From Acidobacteriota bacterium (GTDB lineage: Bacteria > Acidobacteriota > UBA6911 > JACOSC01): a DNA stretch of 64,000 nucleotides. A program made the translations under genes and the position numbers. Numbering within the stretch: position 1 is the first letter of the stretch; each line of letters starts with the position of its first letter. The stretch is taken from NCBI GenBank assembly GCA_016179055.1, contig JACOSC010000071.1:947-64946 (forward strand), given 5' to 3'. The notes under the pieces are model-generated. The model was not told the DNA's origin, made no database searches, and saw only the letters and a program-made list of their open reading frames with translations. Below, piece by piece: positions 10,922 to 20,937 of the stretch.

Positions 10922-12022
10922 ATGACCCAACCACTGAAGGACCTGCAAAGTATTTTGTTAAAAGCGGCGGAAAGCGCAGCCGATCCTGTACGGCTCAAGT
11001 TCGCCGCTCAGGGAAACTTTCTGGTGGCCCTTTTCTCAACCATGCTGATTTTTTTCGCCACGCAGATGAGCACCGAGCAGGCGCGCAATACCTTGTTCCT
11101 GCTGGGATTGGCCATAACCGGCATGATGACGGGAATCCTCATCCTGGGCATGGCCTATATAACGGCCGAAGCCAACGCCGGTCGGCCGCCGCGGACGAAA
11201 ACGGAGGTTCTGGTTTACAGCCTGTCGAACTTTTCCGGCGCAGTGGGGGCTCCGGCGTTGTTTATGGGCGCCATGGTCTTGGCCCTGTTCCTGGAGGCCT
11301 TGCTTTTCAGCATTGGGAAAATCGAAAACTTCGGCGAGATTTTTGTGGCCCTCTTGTTTATGCCCTTCCTTCTGATCAACGTCGGCCTGGGGGCCTGCGT
11401 CCTGGCGGGGCTTTGGCTGGGGGCCGCGGCCGTGGTGGGTCAAGGCGCCGGCGGATGGGAAACGTTCAAGAGCGTGGCGCGGCTGTTGCGCGCGCACGCC
11501 CTTCGGATTATTCCATTTTTCCTGTTCCTCTTCCTATTAACCGCGCTATTTGCCTCGCTATACTGGTTCGCCATCGCGCTCTCCTTCTCGATCACACTTT
11601 GGACCGCGCAAACGGCCGTTCCGGGCATGCGACTGGCGCTGGTGACGGGACTGCCGCAAATGATCCTTGGCTCCATAGGACCCTTTGGCGGCATGATGAC
11701 GGGTTGGATGGGCGGCTCGAGCCTTTCCATGCAGTTGGCGAGCTTGATCTTTCTATCTTTGTTTTTGCTGGTGGCGGCCGGGGCCGCGGCATGCCCATTC
11801 GTTTTTCTGTCCCAGGCGGCTTACATGATTTCTGAGAGTCACCGAGATGCGATCCAGCCGATAGTGAGGGCGCCGTACGCGGCGGCGGCGGCCGCTTCGG
11901 TGGGGACCGACCGGTTTTACCAGGCCAATATGCCGGCGGCTCCCAAGTGTCCAAAATGTTCCGCCGAATTGGATCCGGCCAGTGTGTTCTGCGGAAGCTG
12001 TGGGGCGCGGCTTGGTCAGTGA
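10922..12022 (+). CDS. Polytopic membrane protein with C-terminal zinc ribbon
   Basis: AAGGAGG lies before ATG 10922. There are about 8 hydrophobic segments. The C-terminus reads CPKCSAELDPASVFCGSCGARL (CxxC..CxxC). Confidence 0.75.
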   Translation: MTQPLKDLQSILLKAAESAADPVRLKFAAQGNFLVALFSTMLIFFATQMSTEQARNTLFLLGLAITGMMTGILILGMAYITAEANAGRPPRTKTEVLVYSLSNFSGAVGAPALFMGAMVLALFLEALLFSIGKIENFGEIFVALLFMPFLLINVGLGACVLAGLWLGAAAVVGQGAGGWETFKSVARLLRAHALRIIPFFLFLFLLTALFASLYWFAIALSFSITLWTAQTAVPGMRLALVTGLPQMILGSIGPFGGMMTGWMGGSSLSMQLASLIFLSLFLLVAAGAAACPFVFLSQAAYMISESHRDAIQPIVRAPYAAAAAASVGTDRFYQANMPAAPKCPKCSAELDPASVFCGSCGARLGQ

Positions 12023-12025
12023 GGG

Positions 12026-12532
12026 ATGCGTCGAAATATTGTTAGGTGTATTGCCGGCTTTCTGTCGGTGCAAGGGCTTTACCTTTTCCTGGTGGTCATG
12101 CCGGATGATCTTATCGCCAGCAGGTACAGAATTGCTCTTAACAGGTATAGACTTGCTCTTAATAAGGATGGAAGCGGAAGCGTTACCTTGACATCTGAAC
12201 TTACAAAAGAATCGGTTGAGCACGGATGGACGACCGCAAGATTAAAATCCGTCTTGGAAGCGGAAATGGGGCTCAAGCGCCCCGGTGTTGTGTTCATCCA
12301 AAGTAGAGCACAAAACGGGAATGAATATATCTCGGCGATGTTTCCATTTCAAAATGTCGAGGAAAGCAACAACAAAGAAGCTGCCGGTTTTCAGCTCAGC
12401 TTCGAAGAGATACCGAATCTGAATCAGTGTGTTTTTCGGTTCAAGAGATACGTGGATCCGTCCCTGCTAAATGTGCATAGCCTTGAGGTTCAAATGCCGG
12501 GAAGAATTTTTGATTCGAATAAGGTAACTTAG
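12026..12532 (+). CDS. Hypothetical protein with N-terminal hydrophobic segment
   Basis: ATG lies 3 nt after the stop of the upstream gene. The ORF is 168 aa and visibly AT-richer than its neighbours. No motif recognised. Confidence 0.5.
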   Translation: MRRNIVRCIAGFLSVQGLYLFLVVMPDDLIASRYRIALNRYRLALNKDGSGSVTLTSELTKESVEHGWTTARLKSVLEAEMGLKRPGVVFIQSRAQNGNEYISAMFPFQNVEESNNKEAAGFQLSFEEIPNLNQCVFRFKRYVDPSLLNVHSLEVQMPGRIFDSNKVT

Positions 12533-12564
12533 CCACTTGGTCCTTTGAATCCCTTTACAAGATC

Positions 12565-12867
12565 TTGAACACAGAGCTCGCCGAGACCGGAGCCTACGCT
12601 CGATCTGAAATCTCCACGTTGCCGGTTGGCAATGAATCGATTATTGCGCTCGTCTCCGTCCTTCTCCTCGCCACTGTGATTTTTTTCGTGATTAAGCGCC
12701 TCAGAAGAAGTCCAGCCGAGGGCTTAAGGCCGGTTACGGTAGCTCAGAATCCGGACTTACCTTTGTCCCCCCACCAGCCTGCGGCAGAAATTGTCTATTG
12801 CGGTGACTGCGGAGGGCAGAACCGGTCTGCATCCAAATACTGCATTCGATGTGGCACGGCTCTCTGA
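12565..12867 (+). CDS. Small single-pass membrane protein with C-terminal zinc ribbon
   Basis: TM segment IIALVSVLLLATVIFFVI followed by YCGDCGGQNRSASKYCIRCGTAL. Only a TTG start is available and the frame is open from 12523, so the start is uncertain. Confidence 0.45.
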   Translation: MNTELAETGAYARSEISTLPVGNESIIALVSVLLLATVIFFVIKRLRRSPAEGLRPVTVAQNPDLPLSPHQPAAEIVYCGDCGGQNRSASKYCIRCGTAL

Positions 12868-12896
12868 GCAGACCGCCAGCGAAGAGGCGAAAGTTT

Positions 12897-14192
12897 ATGC
12901 AATGTTTAAAGTGTGGCACTGAAGCTAAAGCCGGGAAGAAATTCTGTCCCCAATGTGGAGCCCATTTGGATCAGCCCAAAGAATTCACCGGATCCAGGGA
13001 AGCCATCCCTACGGCGGATGCGCCGCCGGCTGGAGATAGCCTCGTCTGTTCCGGATGCGGCGCGCGCATCCCGGCGGGAAGGAAGTTTTGCCGCGCGTGT
13101 GGAACGCCCGTGACGGCAACGGCGCCGCCGCCTTCCGGTCTGAAAATGGAATCGCCCGTCGCTCCGCCGCCCAAGCCGCTCCCGTCGGAGTTTCGAGAAG
13201 GGGCGGGCCCGGGTGCCGGAGCCGGTCCGCCAGAAGTCGTTCCGGATAAGAAGACCTGCGCCGCTTGCGGCGCTTCCGTGGCGGCGGGAAAGAAATTCTG
13301 CCCCTCCTGCGGGTGCCCGTTCGCGGCCGGCGCACCCACGGCCCCCGGATTATCAACTCTAGGCGCTCCGCCGTCCGAGGTCGCTGGAGCGGTCCCTCCG
13401 ACACCGGCGCGCCCGGCCGCCCCAGGGCACCAGGAAACGCCGCCGCCATCGGCCCGCCCCGGCCCGACGGCGGGCATACGGACGGCGGGCCCCCGGCCGA
13501 AGGCCCGTTTCCGCCCGCCCTTTATCGTTGCGGCCGTCCTTGCGGTCACGGTATTGGCGGGAGGGATAACATATTATGTAATGCGCTGGCGGGGCGTCGC
13601 GGAAAGGCCGCCCGCCTCCGTATCTAAAATCGAACCGCCTCCCGCGCCGGTGGGCGGGCAGAGCCCGGATAGCGTGGCGCCGCCCGAGCCGAAAGCGGAA
13701 CAGAAAGCAGAAACAGCGCCGCCGCAAGAAAAAGCCGAGCCGGAGAAGCCCCACCCCGCGGAGCCCTCGAAGCCTGCCGAAGCAAAACGCGAGGCTGAAG
13801 TGAAACGCGAGCCAGCCCTCCGCGCGCAGCGCGAACAAGAAGCCCAGCGCCAGCGGCAGACCGAGGCGCAGGAGCGCGCCCTTGCCGAGCTTAAGGCCAA
13901 AAATGAAGAGCAAGCGAGGCAGCTTGAAGAAGAGCGGCGACGGCGGGCGGAGCTGGAGGCAAAGCAACAGGATGATGAGCGGCGACGGCAAGAGGAAGCG
14001 GCGCTCGCCGCGGCGGCCAAGCCGGAACCGGCGCCGCGCCCGGCCCAGGCGTATACCGGCCCGTCGTCCGGGACCCTTGTTTGGGAAGGTATCGTCCGCG
14101 GCGAGAGTCGCATCAGGAAGAACGTGCCTGGCACTCTTGCTTCGACGGCTTTTATTTTATCGGGCCATGTTATTGGACCCTTCATTGTATAG
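12897..14192 (+). CDS. Triple zinc-ribbon single-pass membrane protein with Pro-rich and E/R/K/Q coiled-coil regions
   Basis: GAAGAGG lies before ATG 12897. Three ribbons: CLKCGTEAKAGKKFCPQCG, CSGCGARIPAGRKFCRACG, CAACGASVAAGKKFCPSCG. TM segment FIVAAVLAVTVLAGGITYYV. There is a long charged coiled-coil-like stretch. Confidence 0.75.
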   Translation: MQCLKCGTEAKAGKKFCPQCGAHLDQPKEFTGSREAIPTADAPPAGDSLVCSGCGARIPAGRKFCRACGTPVTATAPPPSGLKMESPVAPPPKPLPSEFREGAGPGAGAGPPEVVPDKKTCAACGASVAAGKKFCPSCGCPFAAGAPTAPGLSTLGAPPSEVAGAVPPTPARPAAPGHQETPPPSARPGPTAGIRTAGPRPKARFRPPFIVAAVLAVTVLAGGITYYVMRWRGVAERPPASVSKIEPPPAPVGGQSPDSVAPPEPKAEQKAETAPPQEKAEPEKPHPAEPSKPAEAKREAEVKREPALRAQREQEAQRQRQTEAQERALAELKAKNEEQARQLEEERRRRAELEAKQQDDERRRQEEAALAAAAKPEPAPRPAQAYTGPSSGTLVWEGIVRGESRIRKNVPGTLASTAFILSGHVIGPFIV

Positions 14193-14358
14193 TCGGAGAA
14201 ATCTCTGAAATATTTCGCGCTATTTTCTACTTTCCTGGCTGACCGGATGTATACAGCAGATTTCAATGGCATGCACCCACCTACAGGATATACCGGCGGC
14301 GCTTTACTCGACTTGGCGAAGACGCTTTACAGAGCAGTTGTACATGCTCCGGCGCCGC

Positions 14359-15324
14359 TTACGGGCTTACTACCTCGAAATGATAGTCGCCCACAGGTTC
14401 CAGCCGCCGATCGGCCCTAGCTCCATTCAGCGTCAGGATATAATAGCCCCTACGGAAGAGGCGGGAGGGTAGCCGCAGGACAACGGCTGGGCCGGGCTCG
14501 GCGACGCGGGTGGAACGCCAATTCCGGCTCCAGATCACGACTTTTTCCACGGATCGAAGTTCTACACGATAGCTTTGGTACGCTTCGTCGTCGGCAAGCT
14601 CCAGTTGAAGTTCAATCTGATGTGCGTCAGGTAAAATAGACAACTTTGGGATAGCGCCTCTATCTGAGCTGGGATCTCTGCGAAGGTTAATGGTGGGTGA
14701 AAGCGCGAACGAAAGGATGAGGGGTTGGGGGGACGGCGTCTTCCCTCGCTGCTCCAACTGGACGAGTCGGTCCTGCCCGCGCCGGAGTTGCTCGGCCAAT
14801 TCGTCGCTGCGCGCGCGTTGCTGCTCGAATTTTTGTTGCCGCTCTTGTTCCTGCCGCTGCTGCGACTGCTGCTCCGTCTGAAGACGCTCAACCTGGGTAG
14901 TCAGCTTCTGGTTTTTCACCATCAGCCACGAGCCGCCGGCCACGACCACCAGCACGGCAGCGGCCGCCAGAGACCAGCCTATCGCCGGTCGCCGCGCCCT
15001 CCACGCGCCGGGTGCATGGACAGTGGGAGCGCCCGCCGCTGATTTCTCGTTAAGCACTTTCAGCACGACTTTGGCGGATTCAAGCTGCCGGCGCCGATGC
15101 GGTACACTCAGAAAGATCTTCTCAAATTTCTCGCGCTCGGTCGGCGAAAGCTCGTCCCTCACATATTGGTCGATGAGTTCCGTCTCCATGGCGAGGAATC
15201 GATCAAACCATTCCTCATCGAGCATAAGCCGATCGTCCAATGACGCTTTCTCCACATCGGACAGGTCCCCCAGCAAGTATCGGACGATCTGTTTTTCAAT
15301 CTCCGCGTCTTGTCGCATGCTCAA
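14359..15324 (-). CDS. Putative membrane anti-sigma factor (cytoplasmic N-domain, TM, coiled coil, extracytoplasmic C-domain)
   Basis: Lies directly downstream of the sigma-like gene. N-terminus IVRYLLGDLSDVEKASLDDRLMLDEEWFDRFLAMETELID. TM segment WSLAAAAVLVVVAGGSWLMV. Q/E/R-rich coiled coil. Confidence 0.6.
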   Translation of the reverse strand: MSMRQDAEIEKQIVRYLLGDLSDVEKASLDDRLMLDEEWFDRFLAMETELIDQYVRDELSPTEREKFEKIFLSVPHRRRQLESAKVVLKVLNEKSAAGAPTVHAPGAWRARRPAIGWSLAAAAVLVVVAGGSWLMVKNQKLTTQVERLQTEQQSQQRQEQERQQKFEQQRARSDELAEQLRRGQDRLVQLEQRGKTPSPQPLILSFALSPTINLRRDPSSDRGAIPKLSILPDAHQIELQLELADDEAYQSYRVELRSVEKVVIWSRNWRSTRVAEPGPAVVLRLPSRLFRRGYYILTLNGARADRRLEPVGDYHFEVVSP

Positions 15325-15384
15325 ATCGCTGCTCTCCGCAATATAGTGTGGAAAACCTCCAAATATTTCATCAAGAATGGCGTT

Positions 15385-15981
15385 TTATTTGGCGTATCCC
15401 TCTCTCTCCAGACACTTCGTGACGCATTCTTCCAGGTTCACTCGGATCCGATGCACTCGAAGCGTTAAGTTACAGAGCGTTGTCTTCAAACGCGCAGCCA
15501 TTATTTTTCTCGCTTCGGCTTGCGTGCGTCCCTGGCCTTGATAATACTCTATAACCAGCGCGCGGCTTTCCGGGCGAAGTTCCCACAGGCAATGCTCCAT
15601 ACACGCGATCCGGCGCTCCCGTTCGGTGTGGTCTTCCGCTGGCGGGTCCGGGAACTGGGACTCGTCACCGATCAGCGGTTGTTCTTTACTCTCCCGTGCC
15701 ACGTCCAGCCAAACTAAATAAGCCACTCGGCGGAAAAAAGCAGGGATGTTATTAATCTTCTCCCCTTGGATTATTTTTTGGGCGCCCCGATCAATGGCCT
15801 TATCGGCGATACTTTCCGGCCACTGGCAGCTCCAGCGCCGGAGGTTTCTTATTAAACCCTGCCGAAGTACTTCATAGCTCTCCGCGGCGCGCGCCGGGTC
15901 CGCATCCAGCGCCTGTAGCAATGCGTCAAACGCCTCCTGGGTCAGAGTATAGTCTTTCTTTCGAGGAGGAGATTTGTCCAT
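15385..15981 (-). CDS. ECF-like sigma-70 family factor
   Basis: 198 aa. Region-2-like FFRRVAYLVWLDVARE and region-4-like RALVIEYYQGQGRTQAEARKIMAARLKTTLCNLTLRVHRIRVNL. Starts 12 nt after the CHAT ORF stop. Confidence 0.6.
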   Translation of the reverse strand: MDKSPPRKKDYTLTQEAFDALLQALDADPARAAESYEVLRQGLIRNLRRWSCQWPESIADKAIDRGAQKIIQGEKINNIPAFFRRVAYLVWLDVARESKEQPLIGDESQFPDPPAEDHTERERRIACMEHCLWELRPESRALVIEYYQGQGRTQAEARKIMAARLKTTLCNLTLRVHRIRVNLEECVTKCLEREGYAK

Positions 15982-15993
15982 ATGTTGCCCGCC

Positions 15994-16980
15994 TTACTTC
16001 CATTCACCCTGCAGCGTAAATGCCGCCCAATAATAGGGCGCTTCCCAACCCTTCGTCTTCCACATGGCGATCTGTGCCTGGCGCAACGCCGCCGCGGGGC
16101 TCAGCCGTTCCCGGCCCAGCAAACCCCGGTAGAAGTGGGCCATCAGCTCGGCTGTAGCGCGATCCTCGACCTGCCACAAGCTGGCCATCACGCGGCTGGC
16201 GCCGGCGTACATAAACCCCCGCGTCAGGCCCACCAGCCCTTCGCCTTTAATCTCTTTTCCCAAGGCCGTTTGACATCCGCTCAGCACCACCAGTTCCGCC
16301 GGCAGGTCCAGATTGTATATTTTGTGCAGTTGCAGGAAGCCGTTTTGCGGCGCGCCCTGCTCGTCCACCAGCGATAACACAAGTCCCGACAACTCCGGAT
16401 GCTCGCTGTTGAGGAACCCATGCGTAGCGAAATGCACAATACGAAATTGGCGAAGCGCGACGCTCGTTGCAGTTGCCAGGCTCGCCGAAAAATCCACGGC
16501 TTTCATCCCATCTCCGGGAGAGGTCATAGCTAGGATGGCCTCTGCCTCCCGGCGCGTGAAGGGCAATCGCCGGAAACGCCAACCCGTTTCCGCGAGGCTC
16601 GCTTCCCTGGCCGAGCGCTTCCCGTCGAAGATTGGAGAATACTCCCGGACCTCGGGCTTCCGGGTCCCTGCCGCGGGCCGGACCGCCGGTCGAATTCGTG
16701 TGTCCTCCTTATCGTAAACCGGATCGGCCAGCACAGCCACCTTTCTGGTCGCCGGTGGGCGGCCGGCCCGCTCCCGCCGCAGCACCGCCAGCGTAGACGC
16801 CGACGGCAAACTCACGATTTCATGCCCCACCATGAGCGGGACCCCTGGCTCTGTCTCCGGGCCGGCGCCGGCCGTGGGCGGCCGCGGCAGCGCGGCAAAC
16901 GGTACATATTGCAGAGCGCCATCGCTCACGATCAGCAAGCGTTTCTTTCCCAACTGAGCCGCCACCGGTCCGAGCAGCAT
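15994..16980 (-). CDS. CHAT (caspase-like) protease domain, the 3' part of a frameshifted TPR-CHAT gene
   Basis: KRLLIVSDGALQYVPFAALP, catalytic-type His (VHFATHGF) and Cys (LVVLSGCQTALG), and the tail YYWAAFTLQGEW. The same frame stays open upstream ([16 protein letters not shown]..) into the end of the TPR ORF. Confidence 0.8.
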   Translation of the reverse strand: MLLGPVAAQLGKKRLLIVSDGALQYVPFAALPRPPTAGAGPETEPGVPLMVGHEIVSLPSASTLAVLRRERAGRPPATRKVAVLADPVYDKEDTRIRPAVRPAAGTRKPEVREYSPIFDGKRSAREASLAETGWRFRRLPFTRREAEAILAMTSPGDGMKAVDFSASLATATSVALRQFRIVHFATHGFLNSEHPELSGLVLSLVDEQGAPQNGFLQLHKIYNLDLPAELVVLSGCQTALGKEIKGEGLVGLTRGFMYAGASRVMASLWQVEDRATAELMAHFYRGLLGRERLSPAAALRQAQIAMWKTKGWEAPYYWAAFTLQGEWK

Positions 16981-17003
16981 CCGGCTCAGATCGGCGGCGG
17001 CTT

Positions 17004-19409
17004 CTAGATACTGCGCGCGTCGGCGGCCGCCGCGCGCGCCCGTCCTTGCTGGGTGGTTTCTCCCTTCACTGGCCGGTTGCGCGCCGTCAACCGCTCATAG
17101 ACCCGTCGGACGGCCGCCTCCACCACAGAGCGTTTCGACAGATCAAAGCCGGTGATGCTCGTTGGCGCTACGACCCAGAGAAAGCTGCGTTCATCGCCCA
17201 GGGCGTACTCCAGTATCAGGGTGTCGGAGTCGAGCACGTGCTGTTGAATCTCCGATAAGCTTAAGGGCTGAGGCTGTGTCAGCGCGGCGTAGCGCGGGCT
17301 GGAAGCGCGAATCTGCGCTTGGGCCTCCTTGTACTCTTCTACCAGTGCGACCAGTTTCTTTTTCACAGTCTGTGCTTGTTCCTCGCTGGGCTTGCCGCTA
17401 AGCATCAGCGTCTGACGTTCTACCTGAACGTTCAGTAGCGCCTGCAACCGGCGTTCACGTTCAAGCAACGCGGGATCGACGCCCTGACGAATGTCCACGC
17501 GGGCCTCTCCTAGCATTTCGATCAAAGTACGCGCGCGCGCGCGCTCACTAGTCTGGAACGCGGCCGCCAGATAGCCCTCCCCGGGATGGCGCGCATGCAG
17601 GCGCATCAGCAGATCCGTGTAGAACTCGTAATATTGCCGCACCGTGGCAAAGTAAGACGCGCGCAGTTCAGGGCTGACGATTTTGGCGCGTAAAGACTCA
17701 ATGACGTTGAGCCCCGACTCAATGCACGACCGCGCCTCCCCGATCTGACCGCGCTCGCGTTCCAGGTGCGCGATCGCGTAAAGCGTCGGCACCTCAATCG
17801 TTCGATCTTCGACTGCGCGACTAAGCTGAAGCGCCTGGCCATAGTAATCGAGCGCCCTTGGATTCTCTCTTAACAAGGCATAGACCGCGCCCATATTCCG
17901 GAGAGTGATGGCTTCTCCTCGACGATCCACGATCGCTCGCAGGCGAGCGAGCGCCTGATGATAGCAGTCCAGCGCCTTTTGCTGGTCCCCGATCTCGCTG
18001 TAAACTCTACCAATGTTGTTGAGCGCACGGGCTTCTCCGCGACGATTGTCGGCATCTCGATACAATTCAATCGATCGGGTGTAGTGATCGATCGCCCTCT
18101 GTCTCTCGCCTAATGCCTGAAAGGCAGCGCCCATATTGTTAAGCACGGAAGCTTCTCCACCGCGGTTGCCCGCCGAGCGAAACAATTGAAGCGCTTCGTT
18201 AAAGTAGTCGATCGCCCTCTCTTTCTCATCCAAGTCGTGATAAGTTTTGCCGAGGTTATTCAGCGTGGAAGCTTCCCCGAAGCGGTCCTCCAGGGCTCGC
18301 ATTAGGGGCAATGCCTGGCTGAAGTATTTCTGCGCCGCTTGAATATCACTCGACGACTGGCAGTATGATGCCAGATTCAGCAACGCCACCGCTTCTCCGC
18401 GCCGGTATCCCACGGCTCGCATAAGCGCAAGCGCCTGGTCCATATGCTGAAACGCTTTCTGATTCTCGCCCAGGTCGTAGTGGACTTTGCCAAGGTTTAG
18501 GATTGTGGCGGCTTCTCCCCGTTTGTCTCCCACAGAGCGTCGGAGGGTGATCGCTTGAGTATAGTAGTCGATCGCCTTCTGTTTTGTATCCCGCGCTGAA
18601 TACACGGCGGCAATGTTATGAGTGGTCTCCGCTTCGCCATAGAGGTCTCGTGCGGCCCTCCGAAGCGTGAGCGCCTTTTCATAATACTCCAGGGCTTTCT
18701 CATTCTGGTTCAAACGCTCGTAAATAGTACCCAGACTATTAAGGGTTTGAGATTCCCCGAAGGTATCCCCCGTGGTTCGCCAGTGTATAAACGCTTCTTG
18801 GTACTTCGCAATCGCTCGTTGTAGGGTGGCGGCCGTAGCGGTCGTATGCAGTTGCTTCGCCTCTGTTGAAACTCGCTCGGCAGCCATCCAGTGCTGATCC
18901 TGCGGTATACTGCCGCGTCGCTCTTCAATTCTGATTTGGTACCGCACGGCGAGCGCCATTTTTTCAACCACGCTCACTTCCAGCCGATAAACCCCGGACG
19001 TCGGCGCTATCAGTGAGACCGGTTCCGGTCCGTACCAGCGACTGTCGAATTTAGCGTGGAGTTTATTGTTCGGCTCCCAGAGTGTTACTGATAAATCAAC
19101 GTTTCCTTGATCGATCACGACGTGCAGGTACTGACCCGCGGCTAGGGTAACAAGATAGGAATGCTTTTCGCCTCCGGTCAACACCTGTTCCATGGACGCA
19201 CCAGGTTCCAGCAGAGACGTTTCTGGGCCAGACTGAGTGGCATGATTTGGAGGCGCAAGACTCTGGACAAGCCGTGCGGACGCCATGCGGTGCGGCCAGC
19301 CTGCCAGTTCAAACAGGAACAAAAAACTCAAGAAGAGACTTAACGTGCATTGAGCAACCCGCCGGGTTGGATCACACGCCATCATGCACCGTTTGATCCG
19401 CTGAGACAT
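17004..19409 (-). CDS. Signal/anchor sequence, PPC-like beta-sandwich and about 10 TPR units; the 5' part of the frameshifted TPR-CHAT gene
   Basis: GGGGGAGG lies before ATG 19409 (the ORF track begins at 19475). Hydrophobic N-terminus [17 protein letters not shown]. Repeated A..YY..AL.L.R..GDR.GEA..LNN.G units. Ends in TAG at 17004-17006 inside a GC-dinucleotide run. Confidence 0.8.
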   Translation of the reverse strand: MSQRIKRCMMACDPTRRVAQCTLSLFLSFLFLFELAGWPHRMASARLVQSLAPPNHATQSGPETSLLEPGASMEQVLTGGEKHSYLVTLAAGQYLHVVIDQGNVDLSVTLWEPNNKLHAKFDSRWYGPEPVSLIAPTSGVYRLEVSVVEKMALAVRYQIRIEERRGSIPQDQHWMAAERVSTEAKQLHTTATAATLQRAIAKYQEAFIHWRTTGDTFGESQTLNSLGTIYERLNQNEKALEYYEKALTLRRAARDLYGEAETTHNIAAVYSARDTKQKAIDYYTQAITLRRSVGDKRGEAATILNLGKVHYDLGENQKAFQHMDQALALMRAVGYRRGEAVALLNLASYCQSSSDIQAAQKYFSQALPLMRALEDRFGEASTLNNLGKTYHDLDEKERAIDYFNEALQLFRSAGNRGGEASVLNNMGAAFQALGERQRAIDHYTRSIELYRDADNRRGEARALNNIGRVYSEIGDQQKALDCYHQALARLRAIVDRRGEAITLRNMGAVYALLRENPRALDYYGQALQLSRAVEDRTIEVPTLYAIAHLERERGQIGEARSCIESGLNVIESLRAKIVSPELRASYFATVRQYYEFYTDLLMRLHARHPGEGYLAAAFQTSERARARTLIEMLGEARVDIRQGVDPALLERERRLQALLNVQVERQTLMLSGKPSEEQAQTVKKKLVALVEEYKEAQAQIRASSPRYAALTQPQPLSLSEIQQHVLDSDTLILEYALGDERSFLWVVAPTSITGFDLSKRSVVEAAVRRVYERLTARNRPVKGETTQQGRARAAAADARSI

Positions 19410-19947
19410 GCTAACACCTCCCCCCTGGACTGATCCGAAACTTTTGTGCTTATTTCGTCCCATCCAACGCCACATGCCCTAACTTCACCAACCCTGCCCG
19501 CTGACATAACCGCAGCGCTTGAACGAAATTGTTGGCTCATGCCTTCATACTATCTATTCCCATCCTTCTGTCAAGAACATTTTAGACATTCCACAAAAGA
19601 TTTCTCATTTCCTCCGACCCATCCAAATCCATCCCCGACACGTTCCTTGGCGGCGGGCTGGTAGTTGGAATGCCGGGAATGGCACTGGATCGGCTGGTTT
19701 AACAGGCTTTTTTTCCACCATGGATGCCTGATGGCGCTGAGCAAATTTTTAAGAGGATCGATGCGGCTGGGCGCCTATCTGATCTCAACTTTACCGAAAC
19801 TTCCTGACCTGAGCTGGATTGATATAAGGTGAGCGAGACAAAAAAATTCAGAGAGGCTCAACTGATAATAGAGCGCTATACAGACACGGCGATTAGTGTG
19901 CCTGCAGCGACCTGGCTGGACTGCGGCGACATAAAGGAGTGCTGGCC

Positions 19948-20208
19948 ATGATCGTACCTATACATGATAAAAACAGAACCTTGATGGTCTCGGAGACGAC
20001 GCCTCCGGCTCACGATGCCGTCGAGACCTGGATTAGTGATTACCTACAAATATACCCAAAGTTCTCTCCGGCGGCCAACGCTCTGGCTCGCCTACTCGAA
20101 GCCGGTTTGCGGGACAAAGAAGAAATCAATCAGGCTATGGGATCTCTAGGATTCTCGGTCCCCAACCTTGATTTGATGTTGCAGTCCATGCATTTGATGG
20201 CCTCTTGA
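19948..20208 (+). CDS. Small hypothetical protein
   Basis: AAGGAG lies 8 nt before ATG 19948. 86 aa. No motif. Confidence 0.4.
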   Translation: MIVPIHDKNRTLMVSETTPPAHDAVETWISDYLQIYPKFSPAANALARLLEAGLRDKEEINQAMGSLGFSVPNLDLMLQSMHLMAS

Positions 20209-20319
20209 GCGCCGACGTCGGCGCATCGCTTTCGCGGAACAGCGCAGGCGAGGCGCGGAGATCGGCGACGCTACCCACCGGAAATCAGCCACCGGCGCAT
20301 GCCCCTCGGTCCTGGCATT

Positions 20320-20937
20320 TCAAAAATACTCACGGCCTTCTTTGACTTCTCCGTTATCCACGATAGTAGGCTTGGCCAATGCCGTCACTACATTGAAGGC
20401 GACAATGGTTTTCTTGACCGATTTACCGTGATGGCTAAATCTGGGCGATGCATAGGGATCAAACGTAATTTTCTCCAAGGGACTTTTCGCCTTATCTTCA
20501 AACTCGCATTCAACGAATACCTTTGAATTGGTTAAATTCTTTCCGTTGGTCGTCTGCACGGACCCGCCACGGCGCACTTCCAAGATTTTCCAACGCATCT
20601 TAGGGTAAAGAAAGATTCCGCTGGGATTGAAATTAAACATACTCCCATTCTGTATGGGCACCTGGTTAATGGCGTCCTCGAATCGGCTTTTGTACTTCAA
20701 CTTAAGTTTGGCCTTCTCCTTTTCCCATATTATTTTGGGTTGGTTTTCTTCTACCATGTCGGTATCCGCCACGTAATAGTAGTCCGATTTAAGATAAGCG
20801 TCAAAATTTTTTCGCTGTATGGCTTGTATGCGTTCCTCAACCACAGTAATAAAATCCTGTTCGGTTGCGCATGAGGCGGTTAGGAGTAACCAAAGGGCAA
20901 GCGCTGCGCTTTTGATTGCTGTCGCCATTTTGTTCAT
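20320..20937 (-). CDS. Lipoprotein, unknown function
   Basis: Lipobox LLLTASC after MNKMATAIKSAALALW. AT-richer coding sequence. Confidence 0.65.
   Translation of the reverse strand: MNKMATAIKSAALALWLLLTASCATEQDFITVVEERIQAIQRKNFDAYLKSDYYYVADTDMVEENQPKIIWEKEKAKLKLKYKSRFEDAINQVPIQNGSMFNFNPSGIFLYPKMRWKILEVRRGGSVQTTNGKNLTNSKVFVECEFEDKAKSPLEKITFDPYASPRFSHHGKSVKKTIVAFNVVTALAKPTIVDNGEVKEGREYF

Noticed and set aside
12523-12567. Whether 12026-12532 and 12565-12867 are one gene split by a frameshift. The second ORF has only a TTG start and its frame is open from 12523.
   Set aside because: This is plausible but undecidable without homologues, so both are kept as separate low-confidence CDSs.
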